Part shown: one piece after another, positions 1-8,690 of the stretch | How the letters are laid out: every line of letters begins with the position of its first letter | Position numbering within the stretch: position 1 is the stretch's first letter | From: Acidobacteriota bacterium | GTDB lineage: Bacteria > Acidobacteriota > UBA6911 > RPQK01 > JADFOI01 | Direction of reading: 5' to 3' | Assembly (NCBI GenBank): GCA_963663035.1 | Contig: OY760074.1 | Coordinates: forward strand, 2,528,001 to 2,592,000 | Length of the DNA stretch: 64,000 nt | The notes under the pieces: generated by a model | Databases searched by the model: none | What the model was told of the DNA's origin: nothing | The model's input: the letters and a program-made list of their open reading frames with translations, nothing else | Position numbers and translations under genes: made by a program

Positions 1-45
1 TGATTGCGACACTGTAGCAGGAAATTTATGCATAATGCGGGTTAA
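1..45. repeat. Partial copy (right end) of the 150-195 bp hairpin/MITE-like repeat family
   Basis: tgattgcgacactgtagcaggaaatttatgcataatgcgggttaa resembles the end of the copy at 29410-29560 and the terminal IR of 40594-40787. Confidence 0.85.
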
Positions 46-99
46 TATAGTTCCTAACTACTAGTGCCGAACCTCAGCAATCTCTATAATTGCACGGTC

Positions 100-765
100 G
101 TGCACAAGTCATCCACGATTGGACTCATCAGTGGGACCGGAGACCAAGGTCACGGCATCGCAGTGCGTCTAGCGGCAGCTGGCAATACTCTGTCGCTGGG
201 ATCCCGCTCAGCCGAGCGGGCTGGTCAGACAGCCCGTCAAATCAATCAGAAGATCGGAGAAGAGAGAGTCCGCGGTATGGACAATCATGAGTTGGTGGCC
301 AGCTGCGAGATCCTCTTTTTGACAGTCCCATTCGCCCATGCCGAGCAGGTGATCAATGAATATCGCCAGGACTTTTCCGAGAGCCAGATCCTGGTGGACG
401 TCACAGTTCCAGTTGTCTTTGACAAAGGGCCTCGGCTGCTTGACATGAAGAGCGGTTCAGGAGCTGAGCATTTACAAAGTCTCTTGCCTTCGGGTCTTCC
501 GCTGGTGGCAGCCTTCAAGACTTTACCTGCTCACTTGCTGGTCGAGATCGAGTCACCTCTAGCTTGCGACGAGTTCATCTGCTCGGATCACTCCTCAGCA
601 AAGACACGTGTCCTGGAGGTCGTGAGCCAAATCGCCTCCTTACGATGGATTGACGCCGGTGGGCTGCGCTATAGCCGTTCATTGGAAGCCATCACCCTGT
701 TGGAAATTGCTTTGAACCGGCGTTACAAGGTCAAGGAGGCCCGTATGCAAGTGGTGGGTTTATAG
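100..765 (+). CDS. npdG: NADPH-dependent F420 reductase (Fno/NpdG)
   Basis: Rossmann motif IGLISGTGDQG, LGSRSAERA, LVDVTVP, DAGGL; first gene before cofD-cofC-cofE. ORF is open from 64; GTG at 100 follows TATAAT (85-90) and is the preferred start. Confidence 0.85.
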   Translation: MHKSSTIGLISGTGDQGHGIAVRLAAAGNTLSLGSRSAERAGQTARQINQKIGEERVRGMDNHELVASCEILFLTVPFAHAEQVINEYRQDFSESQILVDVTVPVVFDKGPRLLDMKSGSGAEHLQSLLPSGLPLVAAFKTLPAHLLVEIESPLACDEFICSDHSSAKTRVLEVVSQIASLRWIDAGGLRYSRSLEAITLLEIALNRRYKVKEARMQVVGL

Positions 766-775
766 GGCCCCAAGC

Positions 776-1696
776 ATGATTGTGATGCTGGCGGGAGGGG
801 TGGGCGCCTCAAAACTCATCCTGGGATTCTCCAAACTGCTAGAGCCCGAGCAACTGACCATTATTGGAAATACTGGCGATGACATCGAGTTATTCGGACT
901 ACGCATTTGCCCGGATCTGGACACCATCATCTACACCCTGTCTGGAAAGGTGAACCCGGCAACAGGCTGGGGCATTCGGGAGGACTCTTTCGATTGTCTG
1001 AAGGCACTGAAAAGATTCGGAGGGCCAAGTTGGTTTCAATTGGGAGATCGTGATCTGGCCACTCATCTCTGGCGTACTTCACTGCTGAAGCAGGGTCACT
1101 CACTGACCCAGGTCACCCACAGCATTTGCCAAGCTCTCGGGGTGCATTCCCCGCTACTCCCTATGACTGACTCCTATGTCCCCACCTATCTCGTGACCGA
1201 CCAGGGAAAACTCCATCTCCAGGAGTATTTGGTTCGAGAACAGTGCCGTCCCATTCTCAGGGAGCTGAGATACTCGAACATTGAGCAGGCTCAACCTGCC
1301 CCCGGTGTGGCTGAGGCAATTCTGAAGGCTGAGGTTGTGTTGCTGTGCCCCAGTAATCCATTCATCAGCATTGGCCCCATCCTGGCAGTTCCAGGCCTCA
1401 AGGAGCTGCTGGTTCAAACGGAGGCTCAAGTCCTTGCGGTAACCCCAATCGTGAACCAGCGCGCCCTCAAAGGACCAACGGCCAAAATGTTGAAGGAACT
1501 TGCCTACGCGGTTTCGCCCACCTCCATCGCGGAGCTCTATAAAGATTTTGTGGATGTCTTTGTTCTGGACGAAAGGGACCGGGAATTGCGAGAAGAGATC
1601 GAAGCACTCCAGGTCAGGGTTCTGACCAGCAACACGGTGATGACAAGCATGGAAGACAAGATCAACCTGGCTCGAGAACTTCTGGAGATGCTATGA
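776..1696 (+). CDS. cofD: 2-phospho-L-lactate/PEP transferase CofD/FbiA
   Basis: LAGGVGASK, NTGDD, ICPDLDT, WFQLGDRDLATH, PSNPFISIGPIL motifs. Confidence 0.95.
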   Translation: MIVMLAGGVGASKLILGFSKLLEPEQLTIIGNTGDDIELFGLRICPDLDTIIYTLSGKVNPATGWGIREDSFDCLKALKRFGGPSWFQLGDRDLATHLWRTSLLKQGHSLTQVTHSICQALGVHSPLLPMTDSYVPTYLVTDQGKLHLQEYLVREQCRPILRELRYSNIEQAQPAPGVAEAILKAEVVLLCPSNPFISIGPILAVPGLKELLVQTEAQVLAVTPIVNQRALKGPTAKMLKELAYAVSPTSIAELYKDFVDVFVLDERDRELREEIEALQVRVLTSNTVMTSMEDKINLARELLEML

Positions 1697-2352
1697 AGGT
1701 GGTTTTGCTACCTCTGAAAGATCCAGCCCAGGCCAAGCAACGACTGGCAGGACACCTGTCTCCTCAAGAACGCCAGGCGCTCGCCTGGGCCATGCTTGAG
1801 GATGTCACCGCCGCTGTGGGGGCAGCCACCACTCCAGAGCAGGTCGTGGTCGTCACCAGTTGCCAGCCTGGCATGCGCCACGCCCAGAAAAACAGCTGGC
1901 AAGTGATTGAGGAGAATCACCAGATCTCAGAAAGTCATTCGGTGGATCGCTCCTGCAAAATCCTGCAGGAGCGGGGAGCTTCGGTCGTTCTACGGCTTCC
2001 CACGGACATTCCATTGCTTCAACCTGAAGATATCGACTCTCTCCTCGACCTGGAGCTGCAGCCTCCATCGGCTCTTATCGTGCCATCACGAGACGGGACG
2101 GGGACCAATGCACTCTTAAGGACACCTCCTAGCGCCTTCCCTTCTCGTTTTGGCGAAAACAGCGTCGTCCTTCATCAACAGGAAGCGCGGCATCACCAGG
2201 TCGAGCTAAAGATCCTGGAAAACCCTCGAATCGCGTTTGACCTGGACGAACTCTCTGATCTTCTCTGCTTCAGCCAACTGGAAAGTGATACCAACACCGG
2301 CCAGATTTTGAAACAGTTCGAGTCGCTAAAGAAACATGCTGGACACCCATGA
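1693..2352 (+). CDS. cofC: 2-phospho-L-lactate/PEP guanylyltransferase CofC/FbiD
   Basis: PLKDPAQAKQRL, DIPLL, GTGTNAL, FDLD; overlaps cofD stop (ATGA). Confidence 0.92.
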   Translation: MKVVLLPLKDPAQAKQRLAGHLSPQERQALAWAMLEDVTAAVGAATTPEQVVVVTSCQPGMRHAQKNSWQVIEENHQISESHSVDRSCKILQERGASVVLRLPTDIPLLQPEDIDSLLDLELQPPSALIVPSRDGTGTNALLRTPPSAFPSRFGENSVVLHQQEARHHQVELKILENPRIAFDLDELSDLLCFSQLESDTNTGQILKQFESLKKHAGHP

Positions 2353-3098
2353 GTGAGCTACAGGTCATTGGAGTTCCCGGAATCCCGGAAGTGGCTCCAG
2401 GAGTCAATCTGGGAAAACTCATTGCTCAGTCCATTGGAGAAGCCGGCCTGAAGGTGAAAGACAGGGACATCCTTGTGGTAGCCCAGAAGATCGTCTCCAA
2501 GGCCGAAGGGCAAGTGCTGGAACTGGCAGAGGTTGAACCCTCGCCTCTAGCCCATCGCTGGGCCACGACCCATGGCAAGGACGCCAGGCTGGTTGAGATC
2601 GTTTTGAGAGAGTCGCGGCGCCTGCTGCGGATGGAGCGTGGGTTACTGATTGTCGAAACATGGCATGGCTTCGTCTGTGCCAATGCCGGGGTCGATACTT
2701 CCAACACCCCGAGGGGAACAGTCACGCTGTTGCCCAAAGATCCCGATTCTTCCGCCGCACAAATTCGGCAGGAGATGGAGAGCGAATTCGGAGTCCAGCT
2801 TGCAGTCATCGTTTCCGACACCTTTGGACGCCCCTGGCGGGAAGGCCTGGTGAACGTGGCGTTGGGAGTTGCCGGCATGCAGCCCTTGGCAGACTATCGA
2901 GGACAGATGGATTGTTTCGGACGGCAGTTGCAAGTCACCCGAATAGCCGTGGCCGACGAACTGGCCTCAACCGCAGAGCTGGTGATGGGAAAGACAAAGG
3001 GTGTGCCGGTGGCCCTGATTCGGGGCATGACCTACCCGGAAGGGGAAGGACACGGCAGGCAGATTCTTCGCTCTTCGGAAAAGGATCTCTTTCGTTAG
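2349..3098 (+). CDS. cofE: F420-0:gamma-glutamyl ligase CofE (single domain)
   Basis: GIPEV, QKIVSKAEG, CANAGVDTSN, DTFGRPWR, ADELA, DLFR end. Confidence 0.95.
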   Translation: MSELQVIGVPGIPEVAPGVNLGKLIAQSIGEAGLKVKDRDILVVAQKIVSKAEGQVLELAEVEPSPLAHRWATTHGKDARLVEIVLRESRRLLRMERGLLIVETWHGFVCANAGVDTSNTPRGTVTLLPKDPDSSAAQIRQEMESEFGVQLAVIVSDTFGRPWREGLVNVALGVAGMQPLADYRGQMDCFGRQLQVTRIAVADELASTAELVMGKTKGVPVALIRGMTYPEGEGHGRQILRSSEKDLFR

Positions 3099-3175
3099 TC
3101 AAAAAAGAGGATAATGTTTGTTGATGTTCAGGAGCGTCACCAGCGGTAATAGTAGCTGACCCAGAGGAGGAGCTT

Positions 3176-3646
3176 ATGAAGGATCTGAGGGCCAAGGATA
3201 TTATGAACACTGATGTGATGTCAGTCAGAGATAACATGACAGTCCAGGAGTTATCAGCTTTCCTGACCGAAAGGGAGATTTTAGGTGCACCGGTTGTAGA
3301 TGCTGAGGGGGAAATAGTGGGAGTTGTTTCCTGTACCGATATCGTCCAAAGTACGACTGAAAAGGCCAGCATCGTCCTGGATCGAGCCACCCCTGGATTC
3401 TATGAACACGGTTGGGAGGACAAGATCAATCTGGATGAGATCGAGGGGCTGCACATTGAGAATGAGTCTCTTCCGGTCAGTGAGATCATGACACCAACCA
3501 TCTACACCGTTCCAGAGGACACGCAAATTTCCGAGATCGCCAAGACCATGGTGGCTGGGCGGATCCACAGGCTTTTTGTGACTCGCGGCACCGAACCGGT
3601 TGGGATCATAACGACCCTGGACATGCTGAAAGTTTTCTTCAACTGA
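3176..3646 (+). CDS. CBS-domain pair protein
   Basis: Two CBS repeats (DIMNTDV...PVVD..GEIVGVV; EIMTPTI...HRL..PVGIIT); RBS gaggag. Confidence 0.9.
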   Translation: MKDLRAKDIMNTDVMSVRDNMTVQELSAFLTEREILGAPVVDAEGEIVGVVSCTDIVQSTTEKASIVLDRATPGFYEHGWEDKINLDEIEGLHIENESLPVSEIMTPTIYTVPEDTQISEIAKTMVAGRIHRLFVTRGTEPVGIITTLDMLKVFFN

Positions 3647-3677
3647 TCAAATTCAACCGCCCAGTAACCTGATCAGC

Positions 3678-5396
3678 ATGCACCCGAGTGATCGCCTTCT
3701 CCAGACTCTTCACGGGATCAATGGCAAAGGTTACAAGGCCTACAAAGAGACAAAAGGGGTCTACGATTTTGCCGAGTTCTCGCTCTCCATTGATTATGTC
3801 CAAGGTGATCCTTTTGCGACTCCTTCCCGCCTCAGCATTCAGATTCCTTCTTCCCAAGCGGGTTTTCCATCTGAGCTGTACGCCAACAAGATCCGGAAGG
3901 TCGCTCTGGGCGATTTCCTGAGCCGGGCATTCCAGAAAGCAATTCAGAGCACAGCCAAAGGAAAACGAGGAAGCGGAAACAGCGGCCTTTTTACCATCGA
4001 CTGTGGGCAGCAGGAGGTTCTGGAGAGAAACAGTCTTCTCATCAGTGAGGATTTTGTGGAGGCCCGGTTTGGCGTAGGGCTCCCTGCTTCAGGGCGAAGA
4101 ATCCTGGGGCTGGAGGCCGAACAGATGCTCTTTCACGAGCTTCCCGTAATCGTGGATCAGTCCCTCTTCTACAAAAACCTTCCCACCGAACAGTTACAAC
4201 AACATGTTCAAGTGGTGGAGGATCAGGAAGCTCTGCGCGAGCAGCTAGCAGGACAGGGTCTGGTGGCCTTCATCGCAAATGGCTCGACGCTTCCCAGAAG
4301 GAGCGGCGTTGATGACCGTCCGCTGAGAGAAGACGCTGGAGAGATCGTGGTTCCCTTTCAATCGCCTCCCCAGTTGGAGGTGGAACTGAGCCAACCCAAT
4401 CAGGGTCCTGTTCGGGGCATGGGAATTCCCAGGGGAGTCACCCTGATCGTGGGAGGAGGCTTCCACGGCAAGTCCACGCTCCTGCGGGCTCTCGAGCGGG
4501 GTGTTTACAACCATGTCGGCGGGGACGGTCGTGAGCTGGCGGTGACGATTCACTCAGCCGTCAAGATTCGAGCTGAGGACGGACGTTCCGTTGAAAAAGT
4601 CGATATTTCTCCTTTTATTAACAACCTTCCGCACGGCAGGAACACCGCCCCCTTTTCCACAGCAAACGCTTCAGGCTCCACATCCCAGGCTGCCAATATC
4701 ATTGAAGCTCTGGAAGTGGGAGCAAAGCTTCTCCTCATTGACGAAGATACATCGGCCACAAACTTCGTCATCCGCGATGCTCGTATGCAGGCCCTGGTCG
4801 AGAAAAAAAGGGAGCCCATTACTCCCTTTGTCGATAAGGTAGGGCAGCTCTTTGAAGACTACGGAACCTCGACCATTCTGGTGATGGGGGGCTCAGGCGA
4901 CTACTTTGAGAGAGCCGACCGAATCATTCTGTTGGACCAATACCGACCCAGTGTCGTCACGGAAGAGGCCAGAAAGATCGTTGAAGTTTTTCCCACCAGG
5001 CGAAGAACGGAGGGAGGAGAAAAGTTTGGAGAGTTGATCAATCGGCACCCCCTAGCCAAGAGTTTTGACCCCAGCCGCGGAAAGCGCGATGTCAAAATCG
5101 ACGCCAAGGGTGTCAAGAAGATCCTCTTTGGGACCACCGAGGTCGATCTTTCAGCGCTTGAACAGTTGGTGGATGTTTCCCAGACACGCGCCATCGGAGA
5201 GGCTATCTTTTACTATGCAGAGCACTACGCCTCCAAAGACCTGTCTCTGAAGGAGGGTCTCCAGCAGCTAATGGATCAACTGGAAGAAAACGGTCTTGAT
5301 ATGCTCACACCTTTCAAGACCGGAAACCTTGCTCGGCCCAGGATTTTCGAGATTGCCTTTGCCATCAACAGGATGCGCTCCCTGCGAGTGAGATGA
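3678..5396 (+). CDS. ABC-class ATPase domain protein (ABC_ATPase family)
   Basis: Walker A GGGFHGKST, ASGSTSQAA, Walker B LLIDEDTSATNF, DYVQGDPFATPS. Confidence 0.9.
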   Translation: MHPSDRLLQTLHGINGKGYKAYKETKGVYDFAEFSLSIDYVQGDPFATPSRLSIQIPSSQAGFPSELYANKIRKVALGDFLSRAFQKAIQSTAKGKRGSGNSGLFTIDCGQQEVLERNSLLISEDFVEARFGVGLPASGRRILGLEAEQMLFHELPVIVDQSLFYKNLPTEQLQQHVQVVEDQEALREQLAGQGLVAFIANGSTLPRRSGVDDRPLREDAGEIVVPFQSPPQLEVELSQPNQGPVRGMGIPRGVTLIVGGGFHGKSTLLRALERGVYNHVGGDGRELAVTIHSAVKIRAEDGRSVEKVDISPFINNLPHGRNTAPFSTANASGSTSQAANIIEALEVGAKLLLIDEDTSATNFVIRDARMQALVEKKREPITPFVDKVGQLFEDYGTSTILVMGGSGDYFERADRIILLDQYRPSVVTEEARKIVEVFPTRRRTEGGEKFGELINRHPLAKSFDPSRGKRDVKIDAKGVKKILFGTTEVDLSALEQLVDVSQTRAIGEAIFYYAEHYASKDLSLKEGLQQLMDQLEENGLDMLTPFKTGNLARPRIFEIAFAINRMRSLRVR

Positions 5397-5401
5397 GGGA
5401 T

Positions 5402-6472
5402 TTATTGAAAGCGGACAAAGGCAACTTTGAGCTGGCGGGTTTGAGCTTCTGCCTTCTTCCACTGGACGAGAATAGGGCTCTGGTGGTTTCCCTGGACGAT
5501 GGAGCCTCTCTCCTCTCCATCCTGCTGGGAAACCATGAGGCTCAGCGATCGCTTGACTCCTAGAAAGCGGGCGGCGGGTACGGCCTGGAACTTGTTGATT
5601 ATGCGTTCCAGGAGCGACTCACTCAGTCCCAAGGCATCCAGGACCTCGTTGACCACCTGTACCAGATCGTATTTTGCGTAATCTTTAGCCTTTCTGGGGA
5701 TGGCCTTTGGGTCACGGAGCATATGCCTGCCCTTCTCGGCCATAAATCGAACCGGGTTGCGCATCACCTCGGCCAGATCGTGTTTCATCAGCAGTGTTTC
5801 GTATTCATTGACGGTAAGACCGGCATGGAATTCGTTGGGTGCCAGGCTAATGTCAATGCGGCCGTTGACGATCTCATAGCGATCCAGGAGCTCCTGCAGC
5901 TGATCAAACAAGCCCAGACGAGTATCTTTCAGGTTCACCGAGTCCACGGGATGCCTGGAAAGTGGGATAGCCACCACAGTCTTGTCCACCAGCTTTTCCT
6001 GGCTGAAGCCGATCACCGTCGTCTGGCGTCGGCGCCTGGTCCCACCGCAGACGCCGTCCAGGTCGATAAAGTAAACCGGCGTTTTCGGGCAGTTGCGATA
6101 GGTAACACAACTTCTCAGGCCGGAGCCGATGAAGGTCAGATGTGAGTCAGCATTGAGGGGTTCCTCGCGCCGCTGCTCCTCACTCAGCTCCTTCCTCAGA
6201 TGGAGCTTATCGTGATGGTAGTTGGCATTGGGGGGGAATAGCTTCTGGAACGACTGGACAAAAGCCTAGAGGGAATCTCGGCTATGGTTCAGCCGCGCGC
6301 AGAATCTTTGCTCGAAGTAGCCGGCCGTCGTGTGGTAGGAGTGGTAAAAGGCCTTTGGGAACTGGGAAAGGATGTCGCCGAACTGCTGACTGATCCGCTC
6401 AGTAACGTTGATGACATCCAAGCGGGAGTGCGGCGTGAGCTCCAGTGTGATCTCTGTCTTCGAGGATGCCAT
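5402..6472 (-). pseudogene. Tandem YjbQ-like protein (356 codons) interrupted by one in-frame TAG at 6266-6268
   Basis: ORFs 6266-6472 and 5402-6016 share a frame and the gap is open (AFVQSFQKLFPP...NADSHLTFIGSG). YjbQ-type motifs HTTAG and NADSH; a second repeat has AGLTVNE and GNHQSPILV. Confidence 0.75.
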
Positions 6473-6535
6473 CGTTAACTTCGAGCCCTTTGGAGCTTAC
6501 GATCTCAGGTAACATCATGTCAACTGAACGAAGAT

Positions 6536-6892
6536 AGGAGACAGGAGTCAGGAGGTAGGAGGTAGGAGGTAGGAGACAGGAGACAGGAGTTAGGAGTCGG
6601 GAGTCGGAAAATAGCGCGCTTCGCGCGCAGAGAGAAAGAGAGAAAGGAAGGAGACTAGGGGGAAATTAGTGACTGTGAAAAATTTCGCGAATTTCGTCCG
6701 AGGGGCGACTTGGCCCGCAGGCTAAAGCCTGCGGCTCTGATGGATCTTACGAGGGACGGTCAGAGCCGTGGGCTTTAGCCCACGGGCCCACCCCCTAAAC
6801 ACACACCAGGCCTTTAAGGAACTGCTTGTCTGTCACTCATCTCAGGTTCTGACTCCTGCCTCCTGACTCCTACCTCCTACCTCCTACCTCCT
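6536..6892. repeat. Inverted pair of heptamer tandem arrays (AGGAG+2) at 6536-6607 and 6848-6892
   Basis: aggagac/aggagtc/aggaggt about 10 times on the left; complementary gactcct/tacctcc array on the right. Confidence 0.9.
6712..6788. repeat. REP doublet (REPIN-like)
   Basis: CCGCAGGCTAAAGCCTGCGG and CCGTGGGCTTTAGCCCACGG hairpins joined by ggctctga...tcagagcc; second copy at 20155-20390. Confidence 0.85.
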
Positions 6893-6934
6893 TTCCAATT
6901 CCCTCCTTGCATCAATTCGAGTATCCTCGGACTG

Positions 6935-8446
6935 ATGAAAGAAGGCACCAAGGCAGTCAGCATCATCGTATCCCGGGGACCCCATTCAAGAGAAGTCCTG
7001 CTGGTCAAACGCGATTCCCGCCTACCCTTTCTGGGGGGATACATTGCCTTCCCGGCAGGCGGTCTGGAGGATGAAGACGGTGAGACCGCACAGCTTTTTC
7101 GCTCCACTCACTCCCCAGAGTCAGAGCCAGCGGATGACCTCGAATTTCTGGCTGCCGCCGCCCGTGAGTTGTTTGAAGAAACCGGGATTTGGCTGGCACA
7201 AGGACCGCCTCTCTCGCGGAAGAAACTCCGTGACTACCGGCGCCAGATTCTCAGCCATCAGATTCGCTTCTCAGAGGTTTTGAAACGGGAAGATCAGAGG
7301 CTGCACAGCCGAGACCTGACACCGATTTTCCGCATCACCACGCCCCAGTTCATTCTGAAGTATTACGATACCTGGTTTTTGCACTGTCACATTCCGGCTG
7401 GAGAGGAGGTGGAAATCTGGCCGGGTGAGATAGAAGAGGGATACTTCATCAGTCCCGAAGAGATCCTGGAACGCTGGCGGCAGGGAACGGTGTTGATTGC
7501 TCCGGTCGTGCTGCTCCTCCTCCAGGAATTGGCCACTCACAACAGCGAGAGCTTTCTCCCTTCTGCTCGCCAACTGGGCGAGTCGCTTAATCGCGGCAAA
7601 CTACAACAGATCTACTTCAGCTGCGGGGTTCTGGTGGCACCTCTCAGGACTCCTACCAAACCACCTTCCACTCACACCAATGCCTACCTGGTGGGAGATA
7701 AGAAGCTCTACCTGATTGACCCAGCCACTCCCGACCCATCCGAACAGGAGAAACTCTGGCAACTTCTGGATGAACTCCTGGCACAGGGAAAGGGCATAGA
7801 AGGCATCCTTTTGACACACCATCATCCCGACCATGTGGGAGCAGTGAATCAGTGTCAACAGCGCTATCAACTTCCTGTATATGCCCACAGAGTGACGGCC
7901 GGGTATCTACCCGATATTGAGTTTTCAGGATACCTGGAACACGGTCAAGAGCTGGAGTTGGGTTTTTCACCCGACGGTCGGCCTGACTGGAAGCTCCACA
8001 TCTACCATCTCCCCGGACACGCCCCGGGACATCTCGTTTTTCAAGAAACTCGCTACCAGGCCCTGATCGCTGGGGATCTCATCTCGACAATCTCTTCCAT
8101 TCTCATTGACCCCACAGATGGTCACCTGGGCACCTACATCAAGTCTTTGCAGTTTCTGGAATCGGTGGTGGATGGACACCTTTATCCAGCTCATGGCCCC
8201 CCTGCCAGGGAAGGACGAAAAGTTGTCCAGACAGCCTTGCGTCATCGCCAAAAACGAAGACAGCAGATCCTTCAAACGCTTGACGCAACCCCACAAGTGC
8301 TTCAGAAACTCTTGAAAATAATTTACTCGAAGCTCAATCAAAAACTCTTGGGGTATGCCGAGCGCTCCTTACTCTCGAGCCTCAAACAACTGGTCGAGGA
8401 GGGGCAAGTGGAAGAAACCCGGGAAGGCTATCGACTCACCGACTGA
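6935..8446 (+). CDS. Nudix hydrolase - metallo-beta-lactamase fold fusion
   Basis: Nudix box FPAGG...AAARELFEETG; MBL motifs THHHPDH, PGHAPGH, AGD, PAHG. Confidence 0.9.
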   Translation: MKEGTKAVSIIVSRGPHSREVLLVKRDSRLPFLGGYIAFPAGGLEDEDGETAQLFRSTHSPESEPADDLEFLAAAARELFEETGIWLAQGPPLSRKKLRDYRRQILSHQIRFSEVLKREDQRLHSRDLTPIFRITTPQFILKYYDTWFLHCHIPAGEEVEIWPGEIEEGYFISPEEILERWRQGTVLIAPVVLLLLQELATHNSESFLPSARQLGESLNRGKLQQIYFSCGVLVAPLRTPTKPPSTHTNAYLVGDKKLYLIDPATPDPSEQEKLWQLLDELLAQGKGIEGILLTHHHPDHVGAVNQCQQRYQLPVYAHRVTAGYLPDIEFSGYLEHGQELELGFSPDGRPDWKLHIYHLPGHAPGHLVFQETRYQALIAGDLISTISSILIDPTDGHLGTYIKSLQFLESVVDGHLYPAHGPPAREGRKVVQTALRHRQKRRQQILQTLDATPQVLQKLLKIIYSKLNQKLLGYAERSLLSSLKQLVEEGQVEETREGYRLTD

Positions 8447-8466
8447 GCACGAGAGCGCGCTATGGG

Positions 8467-8645
8467 AGCCCGCATATCTCACACCGAGTCGTCGCGAAGC
8501 GGCGAAAGGACCGGCCTGACAAGGCGCGCGACAGAGGCCCCCGCAAACGTACTCTTGAGTACGTTGAGGACGGCCGACCGAGCGCAACACAGTCAGGTCG
8601 TATCATTGCGCCGATGCAGTAGACTTGGTGTGAGAAATGCGGGCT
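8467..8645. mobile_element. Hairpin/MITE-like repeat, divergent subfamily
   Basis: TIR agcccgcatatctcacacc / ggtgtgagaaatgcgggct; internal cgtactc-tt-gagtacg hairpin; shares tgacaaggcg and tgcagtag blocks with other copies. Confidence 0.75.
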
Positions 8646-8690
8646 AGTCAGTGTGGGCTGGTAGATTTCTCTCACATCCGAATCAAACAG

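Noticed and set aside
6266-6268. Genome-wide TAG recoding
   Set aside because: TAG terminates many intact genes here (for example at 765, 3098, 30942, 37703, 51058)
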